Of a stretch of 64,000 nucleotides of DNA, positions 63,720-64,000 are shown piece by piece. Each line of letters opens with the position of its first letter. The stretch's first letter is position 1. Below the pieces are notes generated by a model that had not been told where the DNA came from, ran no database searches, and was given only the letters and a program-made list of their open reading frames with translations. The position numbers were made by a program, and so were the translations under genes. This DNA is from Gammaproteobacteria bacterium (GTDB lineage Bacteria > Pseudomonadota > Gammaproteobacteria > G965277405), in contig OZ255726.1 of the NCBI GenBank assembly GCA_965277405.1, positions 1,152,001-1,216,000 of the forward strand, read 5' to 3'.

Positions 63720-64000
63720 TAGTATTGATACACCGTCTTTGATTTGCTCGTAACTGTAGTTTTTACCCATGCGCTTTAACTCTTCCCTGACCTTGTAAAA
63801 AGTGGTTATTAACCAGAAATTATCGGTTTTAACGCTGTCATCATTTAGGAAAAACCCATCAGCAATAGAGAGTTTATGTAGGGCATGTTCTACAAATTCA
63901 GCAATCACGGTTTTATGAAACGCTCGTTTTTGTTTTTTACCCTCATTTATCACCGTGATATTAGCTGGTGAAATATCCAGCGTGTATTCTGTTTTGTTGT
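63720..64000 (-). pseudogene. CDS entering from beyond the window and truncated by the IS; tentatively plasmid replication-initiator-like
   Basis: Frame open from the window end: YTLDISPANI...EFVEHALHKL...FYKVREELKRMGKNYSYEQIKDGVSIL, then runs into the IS TIR. Confidence 0.4.

Overview
Chromosomal window from a low-to-moderate GC gammaproteobacterium (inferred from gene content and order) with divergent proteins and many decayed IS5-family elements. The backbone is housekeeping: ftsH, tRNA-Val-thrS-infC-rpmI-rplT-pheST-ihfA-tRNA-Pro, nfuA, waaF/metW/metX, ppa, leuD-leuB-asd-fimV, clpB, dapA, fhs, aroC, class II DAHP synthase, hisB-mlaFEDCCB-bolA-murA-hisG. Downstream of tRNA-Pro lie an ECF sigma/anti-sigma pair and a ~16 kb, visibly GC-richer island (13.0-28.5 kb) bracketed by IS5 remnants. 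The island holds a BlcR/AttJ-like IclR regulator, an AttM/BlcC-type lactonase, a hydrolase, a sugar-type ABC transporter, a proteorhodopsin-like opsin lacking the retinal-binding Lys (K->R) and the counterion and overlapping a flotillin gene, a Na+/solute symporter and a BlcB-like Fe-ADH. This retinal-less opsin/flotillin module inside a lactone-catabolic operon is the most interesting item. Also seen: a ~280 bp IS5-type MITE family with 15 bp TIRs and 4 bp TSDs (one copy nested in another), an old ~440 bp tandem duplication across a divergent gene pair, a fimV split at an A12 run, an AUA-initiated infC and an agmatine-deiminase homolog lacking the catalytic Cys. All calls come from motif recognition by eye; no searches were run.
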